A DNA stretch of 64,000 bases from a virus: positions 32,001-96,000 of IMG/VR virus record IMGVR_UViG_3300045988_037736; one strand, given 5' to 3'. The position numbers and the translations under genes are program-made. The notes beneath the pieces are model-generated. The model had not been told where the DNA came from. It was given only the letters and a program-made list of their open reading frames with translations, and searched no databases. Positions within the stretch are counted from its first letter, which is position 1. Each line of letters starts with the position of its first letter. This document shows positions 54,395-62,353 of this stretch, piece after piece.

Positions 54395-54466
54395 GGGAGC
54401 ATAGTTGCCACTAAAGGACTTGAACCCTTACACTCAGAACCAAAATCTGATGTGCTGACCATTACA
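54395..54466 (-). tRNA. tRNA-Gln (TTG)
   Basis: TGCCACT-TG-GTGT-AATGGTCA-GCAC-A-TCAGA-TTTTGGT-TCTGA-GTGT-AAGGG-TTCAAGT-CCTTT-AGTGGCA-A. Same architecture as the CTA suppressor. Confidence 0.75.
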
Positions 54467-54701
54467 CCAAGTGGCAATGTTCTCTTGAATTACAGTGCAA
54501 AGTTAGGTAAAATTTTTGATATATGCAAATTTTTAGACAGAAAAAAAAGGAGAATCACCACACTCGACGCGTCGGGTACAGGTGGCACGTTCTCCTTCTC
54601 TTTTTTTTTTATTTTGTTAAAATTTTGTGTTGGCTTATGTTTTTTATAAAATACCTGCGAAAATCCTCCTGAGAGACAGGAGTCTATCTGCTTTTATAGG
54701 C

Positions 54702-55283
54702 CTAGTTAACAACATAGGTATTTCTAGTAAATAGATACTTAGCATGTTGTATTACCCCATTATCTACTTCATAACGGCCTCCATTAGCTGGGACCTCTCC
54801 AACATAGACTTCTTTATTCTTAATAATTGCCTGGCGAATGCTTTGAAGATAAGTAGGTCCTATAGAACCTGCTATCACAGTTCCATCTACATAACACATT
54901 TCTTCAGCTAGGAAGGTTCTAACCTAATTATCTATATTTTTTATTTTAAAGTTAGCTTTCCACCTCCATTCTCTGAATGACCCATCTAATAAAGATTTCT
55001 ACTCCTCAAGTTCCTCTTTCTGTGTAAACGCAGGAAGAAATTCTAAGTTTGCATCTAGAATATGATAATCGTCTGTATTAGCAGTTAATTTAATTAAACC
55101 AAGAATTCCTCTAGATTTTTGGCGTATTATAGATGGAATATAATTGGCTGTATATAGGTCCTCGACAAACGCATCCTTAGTTATTATATTAAGGACGTCT
55201 TGTATATTATGTATTTTATTTAATTCTTGCAACTCCAGCAAATGGGAGTTGTCGACTGTTCTTAATCTCGTAAGAACAGCCAC
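54702..55283 (-). CDS. hypothetical protein ~193 aa (ORFs 54999-55283 + 54702-54899 joined through 2 TAG)
   Basis: Same frame. CTA at 54999-55001 and 54924-54926. No TAA/TGA in the 100-nt linker. Confidence 0.5.
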
Positions 55284-55337
55284 TTCTTCCTCATCGAGGG
55301 AGTAGTCTCCCCAAAAAGGAAATGAAAATAAAAAATA

Positions 55338-55643
55338 CTATATATTTTTTCCATTTCTTTTTAATGGTGGAGCGTCTATAACTATGGTATACGCAGTGTC
55401 AGTAGGTACCATGTTTCCTGGGTTCATATGACATGAGAAATTAGCCCAATAAACCTCTAAATAATCTTTAGGTGCAGGTTTATTACTTTCAGGAGTTAAT
55501 AACACAAGTTTACCATTATCACTTCTCTCATATAACTCAACTTCATTCCCAACTTCTTTTACAAGTATTTCATCTTTGGTAACTAGATTAGGGTCTCCCG
55601 ACACTAATCTCTTACCTAGTATAGTCTCTTTTCTAGTTTTCAT
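55338..55643 (-). CDS. hypothetical protein 101 aa
   Basis: ORF. Confidence 0.5.
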   Translation of the reverse strand: MKTRKETILGKRLVSGDPNLVTKDEILVKEVGNEVELYERSDNGKLVLLTPESNKPAPKDYLEVYWANFSCHMNPGNMVPTDTAYTIVIDAPPLKRNGKNI

Positions 55644-55774
55644 TTATTCTTATATATAATGCAAAGTTACATAATAGCCATGATGTATCCAATAGGCTAA
55701 GTGTTTTTTTTTAGCTTATATAATAAAATAATTTATCTATGGCTTTTATATTACCATAGATAAATTATCACACT

Positions 55775-56353
55775 TTATACCATTCCAATAAAATCAATCA
55801 ACATCCAATCCTTACTATCTCTATGCTTTTCTAGATTCTTCTTATTGAAGAACCTTGCATATAGCCAAGGCCACCAATCATCTAGTACTGTACCAGTCAT
55901 GGAGGAGATTTTCTGAACAAGCTCTATATCATCTAGTTCAAACTTATATAACTGAACCCAATCAAATTTTCTTCTTCCGCAGAAAAATTTAATATGGGTA
56001 TATGTCTCAGCCCATCTCTTACAATCATTAATAAACAGTCTTTCTTTATCTTCCCTGTTCTTAGTATTCTTTGACACTTCTAGAATTAATCTTACATAGA
56101 TAGCTCTATTACGACTATTCAAATATTTAAATACTCCTTCTACATCTCCTTCAAATGCCATAGAGCCATGTCTAAATTCAGCTTCTCCATACTTATTATA
56201 AGAGACTCTTATATCAAACATTCTAGCACCTAGCTTGTACTAATGGTCTATATGTCTACTTTGACATTTAGCTATGAAGTGAAAAGGTCTCATCCACCAT
56301 CTTTTAGGTTTGAGATAAGACATTGAATTATGCGTGCCCAGTTTCATATTATA
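55775..56353 (-). CDS. hypothetical protein ~192 aa with one in-frame TAG (N-terminal MKLGTHNSMSYLKPKRWW... extension of ORF 55775-56221)
   Basis: In-frame continuous translation from the ATG at 56353 through one TAG. Confidence 0.45.
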
Positions 56354-56701
56354 TTATTTTTTCTTTATATCCTTAACTTGCTCTATGTCAAGTACTTTTT
56401 GGTCGAGCAAATGCTTGGTACATCTTGCTAACCATTCAACAAAAGGCTCATCATCTGTTGAATGTAGGTACTGACCCTCTGCTAATATTGCATGAAATAG
56501 TTCATGCAATAGGTATAGTTCCATCTCCTGTCTTGATGCAGGTTTACCTTCTCTATTGAGATACCTTATCTTTATTGTCTTTAGATTGAAGTCAGTCTCT
56601 CCCATAGTAGTTCTATCAGGGTTATCTGTCTCAATGTTATCAACATAAAGTATCTTATAGGTAGAGTTGAATATCTTTATTGTTCTGTTCTTATATTTCA
56701 T
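56354..56701 (-). CDS. small HExxH zinc-metallopeptidase-like protein 115 aa
   Basis: LLHELFHAIL motif. Confidence 0.45.
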   Translation of the reverse strand: MKYKNRTIKIFNSTYKILYVDNIETDNPDRTTMGETDFNLKTIKIRYLNREGKPASRQEMELYLLHELFHAILAEGQYLHSTDDEPFVEWLARCTKHLLDQKVLDIEQVKDIKKK

Positions 56702-58263
56702 TCTGGAAGTTGTTGTACTGTATTTAGTAGAGCATCTGTACCAAACACAGTATAGGGATTAACCAAATTAGTCATGTCCATAGGAATACTATATGATTCT
56801 GTTGCAACTCTTCTAACTCCTCTTCCCCTCTTTAGAGGAGCTAAAGTTCTTTGTTCCCTAAGGGCATCTTGTAAATCATTATAGGTTCTTCTTGCTATTC
56901 TTCTAGTACCTTTAGTAGGATTTATAGTTGCAGCATGTCTTGCCCTTTGATAAGATTTTTCAGCTAACTCTACGCTATTAACTGCCTTAGTTGCTTTTGC
57001 AGCTAACTTTCCTGTCTTTGTGGCTCCCTTGATGAGGGAGCCTCCAAATAAATCAGCTCCTAAACTTAAAGCAGCCCATCCTATATTTCCCCAGGAAGGA
57101 TTTCTAATAGCTTCCTCTATATCCATGGCGGACCCTACAAATGGTACAAAGGATAGAGCCACATCTCCATACTCATTTCCTGTAGATATTAGTCTATCAG
57201 TATCACCACCATCTCCATACTTATTTTTTTTTGACTTTCCAGTATACCTATAATATCTGTGCACTCCTGAAAAGTCCCCTCCTGACCTATTAGGGTCATC
57301 AAATCTAGGTAGAGGGCCTTGAAGTCTGTAGTCCCCCTTATTTCTTCCTCCATTAGAGTAGTTTACTAAGGTATCTCCCATTTCAATTGGGTAATCATTA
57401 TGTATACCTTCTCCTTCAGCTACACTGTCAAACATTACAGCATGAGTTGGATGATTATCACTATTTGAAAGTATAATAATATCTCCAGGAACTGCCTCAG
57501 GTTGTGGTACCTCCTTATACCCAAAATCTTCAGGTCTAGCTGCCATATTGGCATTGGATGCCACGGTATTAGTAGGGTCATAGAATCCTGTTACTGTATT
57601 GAGGCAAGTGTGAGCGTTAGTGCCTATAATAGGCACTCCTACCAGCCAATTAGCTCCAAACTGCTGTGTTCCAGTCATGTCTTGAGCACTGCTAAAGTCA
57701 GCATTTGGACTTGTTGCTCTCCTACTCCTATTTAATGCAGAAGATTGAGGTGTGACTTCTACACTTCTCAGTACTTTAGAACCATCTGGTCCATATAATA
57801 CAGGTGGTCTACTTTCTTGACCAAAGTAGTCCAGAGTCCTATCTGTATCCCAGTCTGTATTGAGTTGGTCTTCTGACATTTGGTAAGCATAATCATCGTG
57901 CCAGTGTCCTCCTCTTATACCTGTAGGGTTGTACTTATTTACAGTACCAGAGTACTGTGACTCATCTGAAAATGATGGGTGTAAGACAGTCTTGAACCTA
58001 TCAGTAAAGTGTGCATTACTGTCCTTATCAAGCATACTCCATGCAACATCAGGGTTTTCATCATAAAAACCTCTATAATCATAGGTAGGGTCATTATCTA
58101 TGTCAATACCCTTATGTGCTTTTATCCTTTCCTTCCACTTTGTATAGCCACCCCTAGCAAAGCTATTATAAGCTTTATGAATCCTGTTAAGGTCCATTAT
58201 ACCTGATTTAACAGCCAGCTGTATTACTTTGGCTCTATCAGCCATTGATAAGTCTTTCCACAT
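56698..58263 (-). CDS. hypothetical protein 521 aa (possibly virion-associated; no motif recognised)
   Basis: Clean ORF. First gene of the minus-strand block after the divergent region. Confidence 0.6.
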   Translation of the reverse strand: MWKDLSMADRAKVIQLAVKSGIMDLNRIHKAYNSFARGGYTKWKERIKAHKGIDIDNDPTYDYRGFYDENPDVAWSMLDKDSNAHFTDRFKTVLHPSFSDESQYSGTVNKYNPTGIRGGHWHDDYAYQMSEDQLNTDWDTDRTLDYFGQESRPPVLYGPDGSKVLRSVEVTPQSSALNRSRRATSPNADFSSAQDMTGTQQFGANWLVGVPIIGTNAHTCLNTVTGFYDPTNTVASNANMAARPEDFGYKEVPQPEAVPGDIIILSNSDNHPTHAVMFDSVAEGEGIHNDYPIEMGDTLVNYSNGGRNKGDYRLQGPLPRFDDPNRSGGDFSGVHRYYRYTGKSKKNKYGDGGDTDRLISTGNEYGDVALSFVPFVGSAMDIEEAIRNPSWGNIGWAALSLGADLFGGSLIKGATKTGKLAAKATKAVNSVELAEKSYQRARHAATINPTKGTRRIARRTYNDLQDALREQRTLAPLKRGRGVRRVATESYSIPMDMTNLVNPYTVFGTDALLNTVQQLPE

Positions 58264-58660
58264 AATATATTAATCCTAATTCCTAGCTACCATAATCAAC
58301 CTATTCACTTAAAGATATAAAGAGACCTAGAGCAATTCACCAATTAAGCTCTCTGGTATAGTATTAAGATAGCATTGAAGGCGTTTATATACTATTAGTT
58401 CTTCTCTTCTTATCTCTAGCTCCAATTACCTCTGCCCTACTTATGGTATCCTTTACTTTCCCATGTTGGCTTGGAGACTTCTCAACTATCTTAACCTCTT
58501 CAACCTTAGTAGGTTGGCTATGTAGCCTAGTACTTGTTCTGTCCTAGTGGGTGCAAAGTTAGTAAAAATATCTGACATATGCAAGAGGATAAGGAAAATT
58601 TTTAATTTTTTTTTTGAAAAATTTTTGTAGATTGTCGTGAGTGTGGTATAATATACCAAA

Positions 58661-58688
58661 TACTCCTCCCTTGCCTTTGACATTGGGA
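58661..58688 (+). repeat. repeated ~28-bp motif copy 1 (TACTCCTCCCTTGCCTTTGACAT)
   Basis: One of five related copies upstream of plus-strand small genes. Contains a TTGAC(A) core. Confidence 0.5.
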
Positions 58689-58713
58689 TGGTACCCCCTG
58701 GCTTCGCCAGGTG

Positions 58714-58743
58714 TTGCTAATTATTCATCCCTTGCATTTGATA
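58714..58743 (+). repeat. repeated motif copy 1b (GCTAATTATTCATCCCTTGCATTTGATAAC)
   Basis: Degenerate copy ~50 nt downstream of copy 1. Confidence 0.4.
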
Positions 58744-58763
58744 ACACAAATTCATAGAATCAC

Positions 58764-59027
58764 ATGAAGAAGACAACCCTTCTTGCTGCACTCACTGCCA
58801 TAGCAGCCTTTGCAGCAGGCTACTTCACTTGCCTCAAAGTGAACACAGACTCTGTCGAAGCTCACAGCTTCAAACTCCAACTCATTGATGCACAGAATGC
58901 TGCACTTGAGAAGGCAGAGATTGTCATGGACAATAATGACCTATGGGATGCTGATGGGTCTGATGACATGGCAGACTATCTTGAACTCTGCTGTGAGGTA
59001 GACAGCCTCTGGAAAACTCAGCTCTAA
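58764..59027 (+). CDS. small secreted/lipoprotein-like protein 87 aa (GC-richer codon usage)
   Basis: MKKTTLLAALTAIAAFAAGYFTC signal peptide. GC ~46% versus ~33% for the phage core. Confidence 0.55.
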   Translation: MKKTTLLAALTAIAAFAAGYFTCLKVNTDSVEAHSFKLQLIDAQNAALEKAEIVMDNNDLWDADGSDDMADYLELCCEVDSLWKTQL

Positions 59028-59034
59028 GAGCTAA

Positions 59035-59060
59035 TCACTCCTCCTCTCCTCTTGACAAAC
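59035..59060 (+). repeat. repeated motif copy 2 (CACTCCTCCTCTCCTCTTGACAAAC)
   Basis: Upstream of paralog 1. Confidence 0.45.
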
Positions 59061-59107
59061 TAAACTAACCAGTCAGCTAAAGACTAAGGAACCCCTGCTG
59101 ACTTTTA

Positions 59108-59404
59108 ATGGGGCTTGAGAGTATGAATATTTTCGCAAATCTCCGTGTGTATGCAGGTAAGTGGCAGATAAAGGAAAGCAGAGCTTTCCTCCCTGAGGAG
59201 AAATCTGCTGTCATTCAGGCAGTAGTAGTTCCCTCACAGTATGGGAACTCTGTTCAGTTCACCATGCAGGGTGGTGGGCTGACCTACATACCTCTGTCTC
59301 AGAACTCTACACTTGGTGTAGGTGAAGTTGTGGACCTTGATAAGGCACAGCTTGTCACACTCTGTAAGAGTGGTGAGGCAGACATCTACAGAGTAGAACT
59401 CTAA
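59108..59404 (+). CDS. small protein 98 aa, paralog 1 of a tandem pair (MNIFANLRVYAGKW...)
   Basis: ~55% identical to 59772-60071 over its whole length. The upstream region is also duplicated. Confidence 0.6.
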   Translation: MGLESMNIFANLRVYAGKWQIKESRAFLPEEKSAVIQAVVVPSQYGNSVQFTMQGGGLTYIPLSQNSTLGVGEVVDLDKAQLVTLCKSGEADIYRVEL

Positions 59405-59590
59405 CTCATTGGCAGGTAAGAGAGGACTTTGTCCTTTCTTCCTGCCTTTTCTTTTTCTCTCTACTAGTAGAAGCAATAGGTCATGTGTTGAAGCAAGGTC
59501 TCATGTGTAGAAGCAACAGTACTAGAGTTATAAAGTATGGTGAGATGTAGAATCAACTGTCATAATATACTTGCTATAAGTTTGGCTAAT

Positions 59591-59616
59591 TACTCCTCCT
59601 TCGCTCTTGGCAATGG
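59591..59616 (+). repeat. repeated motif copy 3 (TACTCCTCCTTCGCTCTTGGCAATGG)
   Basis: Preceded by GCTAAT, as is copy 4. Confidence 0.45.
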
Positions 59617-59668
59617 TCGGGTGATGATTGTTATAAGCTATTAGACTTGTCTTATCAGCTTTGCTAAT

Positions 59669-59694
59669 TACTCCTCCTTTGCCTTTGACTACAC
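59669..59694 (+). repeat. repeated motif copy 4 (TACTCCTCCTTTGCCTTTGACTACAC)
   Basis: Best match to copy 1. Upstream of paralog 2. Confidence 0.5.
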
Positions 59695-59771
59695 TCAACA
59701 GTCATAATTCAACAATCAACATTCATCAAACAACAGTTGGCATAAAGACTCAGGAACCCCTTGCCAACTTA

Positions 59772-60071
59772 ATGTGGGGATATGGAGATATGAATATCTT
59801 TAATTCACTCCGTAAGTATGCTGGTAAATGGGCAGTTATTGCCTCTCGTGCATTTTCTGCTGAAGAGCAGAGTGCAGTCACCTCTGCAACTGTGGTTGCC
59901 TCTCAGTATGGCAACTCTGTCTGCTTCATGATGGTAGGAGGAGGTCAGACCTTCATTCCTCTGTCACAGAACAGCAGCAAGGCAGTGGGTGATACCATTG
60001 ACCTCAGCAAGGCACAGCTTCTCACTCTTGCGAAAGATGGAGAAGACAACATCTACAGAGTAGAGGCATAA
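59772..60071 (+). CDS. small protein 99 aa, paralog 2 (MWGYGDMNIFNSLRKYAGKW...)
   Basis: The tracked ORF starts at 59661. The start is re-set to the ATG aligned with paralog 1, because the upstream part overlaps the repeat motif. Confidence 0.55.
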   Translation: MWGYGDMNIFNSLRKYAGKWAVIASRAFSAEEQSAVTSATVVASQYGNSVCFMMVGGGQTFIPLSQNSSKAVGDTIDLSKAQLLTLAKDGEDNIYRVEA

Positions 60072-60288
60072 GTCTCTGACTGTAAGAGAAATAGGAAGAG
60101 AGTGTAGGGCTATCATTAACCCTACCTCTTTTCCTCTCTTTTATATGTCTCATGCAGAAGCCACATCTGTAATGTATAACTGTTCTTACTGAAGAAGCAA
60201 TGGAGAACTTAGACCTAATTATAGGCACAGCCATACTATTTTTCATCTTTTTCCTACTGATAAAATACTCAGAATACAAGCACAAACA

Positions 60289-60582
60289 ATGAAAAAGCTC
60301 ATAATCTGCTTACTCCTGTCCATATTTGCAGTAACAGGATATGCAGAAGTCAAAAGAGAAGGTGACACCTTCAAGGTTGAACAAACCAAATCTACTGCAA
60401 ATGATACTCAGACCAAGTATATTTGGGAAGACAAACAAGGTAACAAGTATCCTATCTTTATCACTAAGAAAGGTGCTTGTTATGTCAAGAGAGTATCAAA
60501 GAAGACAGGCAAGGAATATAAGTATTATCTGCCTAAAGAAGTACAGACCCAAATCAAACAAGAGTTAGGTATCAATGAATAA
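60289..60582 (+). CDS. small Lys-rich secreted protein 97 aa
   Basis: MKKLIICLLLSIFAVTGYA signal peptide. Confidence 0.55.
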   Translation: MKKLIICLLLSIFAVTGYAEVKREGDTFKVEQTKSTANDTQTKYIWEDKQGNKYPIFITKKGACYVKRVSKKTGKEYKYYLPKEVQTQIKQELGINE

Positions 60583-60587
60583 ATCAA

Positions 60588-60953
60588 ATGACACAGCAAG
60601 AACAAGTTGTTGAAAGATTATCCTGGTTCAATAACTTAAGCTTCACCAAGAAGCAATGGGATATAATCCTCAAAGGGTGTGGCTGTCCAAAGTCACCCCA
60701 TTTCTGGGCTGCTCTTAAAAGGAACAATCTTGTCAAATACTCAAAGATATTTACCTTAGTAGATATGGATATACACAGTTATGCTATAATATTTGAGGAG
60801 TATAGCACAGCTAATAGAACTGCTGTGAAAAAGGCTTATGACAAAGCTAAGGCAATGAAACAGGCAAGAGAGAGAAGGAAATCATTTAAAGGCATTACCT
60901 TCTATATGGTAGGTGGTGCACTCACAACAGAAAAACCAGAAAGAGACATATGA
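60588..60953 (+). CDS. hypothetical protein 121 aa
   Basis: ORF, TGA stop overlapping the next start. Confidence 0.5.
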   Translation: MTQQEQVVERLSWFNNLSFTKKQWDIILKGCGCPKSPHFWAALKRNNLVKYSKIFTLVDMDIHSYAIIFEEYSTANRTAVKKAYDKAKAMKQARERRKSFKGITFYMVGGALTTEKPERDI

Positions 60954-61177
60954 AGACAATAAAACTCACCCTTAAAGGAATAATGCTCTATGCCACAATG
61001 CTGACAACTATGGTATATATAGCAGGCATAGACAGTATCTATGACAATGGACACTTCCTTCTTGCAACAAGTATTGTGGCATTACCTATATATATATGCT
61101 ACAAGACCATCACAGGGGAGGAATTCAACATACTATCAGGTAACAAACTATGGGGAATACCTGATGATGAATCGTGA
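60950..61177 (+). CDS. small two-TM membrane protein 75 aa
   Basis: Two hydrophobic segments. Confidence 0.5.
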   Translation: MKTIKLTLKGIMLYATMLTTMVYIAGIDSIYDNGHFLLATSIVALPIYICYKTITGEEFNILSGNKLWGIPDDES

Positions 61178-61269
61178 TTTTGTGTTTTTTTAAGGTAAGG
61201 ATGATTAATTTTAGGATGACGTCGGTAACACTTCACATAGTCTGTGAAGATAATGTGGAGTTTTTACTT

Positions 61270-61343
61270 GCCCTCATAGCTCATCAGGATAGAGCAACAG
61301 TTTCCTAAACTGTAGGTGGAAGGTTCGAGTCCTTCTGGGGGTA
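61270..61343 (+). tRNA. tRNA-Arg (CCT)
   Basis: GCCCTCA-TA-GCTC-ATCAGGATA-GAGC-A-ACAGT-TTCCTAA-ACTGT-AGGTG-GAAGG-TTCGAGT-CCTTC-TGGGGGT-A. Confidence 0.7.
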
Positions 61344-61368
61344 CTAAACAATTAAAGTAAGAAGGAAA

Positions 61369-61506
61369 ATGAAAACAGAAACAATGGAGAAAGCAATACT
61401 GATTTTTCAGTGCATAGCAATTACTGTAGCCAGCCTATTCTATTTGATAGGTATGACACTTGATGCCATATATCTAGTAGCATTAGCAATATACGTAAAG
61501 AAGTGA
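61369..61506 (+). CDS. small hydrophobic protein ~45 aa (MKTETMEKAILIFQCIAITVASLFYLIGM...)
   Basis: Short ORF between tRNAs. Below the tracking cut-off. Confidence 0.3.
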   Translation: MKTETMEKAILIFQCIAITVASLFYLIGMTLDAIYLVALAIYVKK

Positions 61507-61513
61507 TGCAAAT

Positions 61514-61552
61514 GGTTCCATAGCTCAAATGGATAGAGCAACAGACTTAAGA
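61514..61552 (+). other. 5' half of a split or disrupted tRNA (acceptor GGTTCCA, D-arm, anticodon stem ACAGA + loop CTTAAGA; anticodon TAA)
   Basis: D-arm TAGCTCAAATGGATAGAGC is near-identical to tRNA-Arg(CCT). The acceptor pairs perfectly with the 3' half at 62118-62152. Confidence 0.4.
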
Positions 61553-61606
61553 TACTTTAACTCTAAGGATTTCATAGTATAGAAATTTATTACTAACTTT
61601 GCATAA

Positions 61607-61679
61607 CTCCCCTTAGTTCAGCGGATAGTAACAATGGTCTTCTAAACCATAAACCCCAGTTCGAGTCTGGGAGGGGAGA
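61607..61679 (+). tRNA. tRNA-Arg (TCT), second copy, on the plus strand
   Basis: Acceptor CTCCCCT/AGGGGAG. Anticodon arm ATGGT-CTTCTAA-ACCAT. T-arm CCCAG-TTCGAGT-CTGGG. Confidence 0.65.
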
Positions 61680-61699
61680 CTAAAATAAATTTATATATT

Positions 61700-62116
61700 A
61701 TGAATCCAAAGAGAAGAAGTAATTGTATCTGCGTAAATTGTGGTGATGAATTTTATCCAGCATATAATATGTCTGGAAAGTATTGTTCAAATAAATGCCA
61801 GATGGAATACCAATCCAAGCAAAAATACCAAAGATATTTACAACATCCCGAAGAGTATGAAGGACAGAGTAATATGTTTTGGGTAAAGAAACATATCCTA
61901 AAAGAACAAGAACATAAATGTTCTATTTGTGGATGTGTTGATACTTGGAATAATAAACCATTAGTATTTATACTTGACCACATTGATGGTCATGCTAACA
62001 ACAATATTAGAACTAATCTTAGACTTGTTTGCCCTAATTGTGACTCACAGTTAGACACATACAAAAGCAAGAATAAGAATAGTGATAGAATTTATCATCA
62101 TAATCATCACAGATAA
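61700..62116 (+). CDS. HNH homing endonuclease (paralog of 52737-53213)
   Basis: ILDHIDGHANNNIRTNLRLVCPNCDSQ with N-terminal CxxC pairs. Confidence 0.8.
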   Translation: MNPKRRSNCICVNCGDEFYPAYNMSGKYCSNKCQMEYQSKQKYQRYLQHPEEYEGQSNMFWVKKHILKEQEHKCSICGCVDTWNNKPLVFILDHIDGHANNNIRTNLRLVCPNCDSQLDTYKSKNKNSDRIYHHNHHR

Positions 62117-62117
62117 A

Positions 62118-62152
62118 TCTGTAGGTTGTGAGTTCGAGTCTCACTGGAATCA
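62118..62152 (+). other. 3' half of the split/disrupted tRNA (anticodon stem TCTGT, variable AGGTT, T-arm GTGAG-TTCGAGT-CTCAC, acceptor TGGAATC-A)
   Basis: Pairs with the 5' half at 61514-61552. Together they give a canonical 72-nt cloverleaf. Confidence 0.4.
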
Positions 62153-62297
62153 CTATTATTATTAGATGGTCATGACCTTCGACCGAAAAAAGGCAGTACC
62201 CTGCATACTCTAATGTAGGCTTCTGAATAGGATAAGTTGTGCCGAGTTGAAACCATAAAGAAGAGAAACTAAAGGTTGGACAAATGAATGAGGCTAA

Positions 62298-62332
62298 AAA
62301 CAAAACTTGCTTCGGAGTTTTGTTATAAATAC
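62298..62332 (+). terminator. terminator-like hairpin (ACAAAACT-tgcttcgg-AGTTTTGT) followed by a T-rich tract
   Basis: 8-bp inverted repeat followed by TATAAATACATTTTTG. Confidence 0.4.
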
Positions 62333-62353
62333 ATTTTTGAAGAAGCAACATCT

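Larger units (their letters stand above)
58264..58763. promoter_or_regulatory. divergent intergenic region between the minus-strand block and the plus-strand island. Contains an A/T tract, an extended -10-like TGGTATAAT (58644-58652) and the first copies of the repeated motif.
   Basis: 500 nt without ORFs. Strand switch. TGnTATAAT-like element on the plus strand. Confidence 0.4.

Noticed and set aside
59661-59771. N-terminal 37-aa extension of ORF 59661-60071
   Set aside because: It overlaps the conserved repeat motif and has no counterpart in paralog 59108-59404. The aligned ATG at 59772 is preferred.
61553-62117. Group I intron carrying the HNH gene inside the split tRNA
   Set aside because: After subtracting the tRNA-Arg (73 nt) and the HNH ORF (417 nt), only ~75 nt remain. 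That is too short for a group I catalytic core. Still worth an Infernal check.
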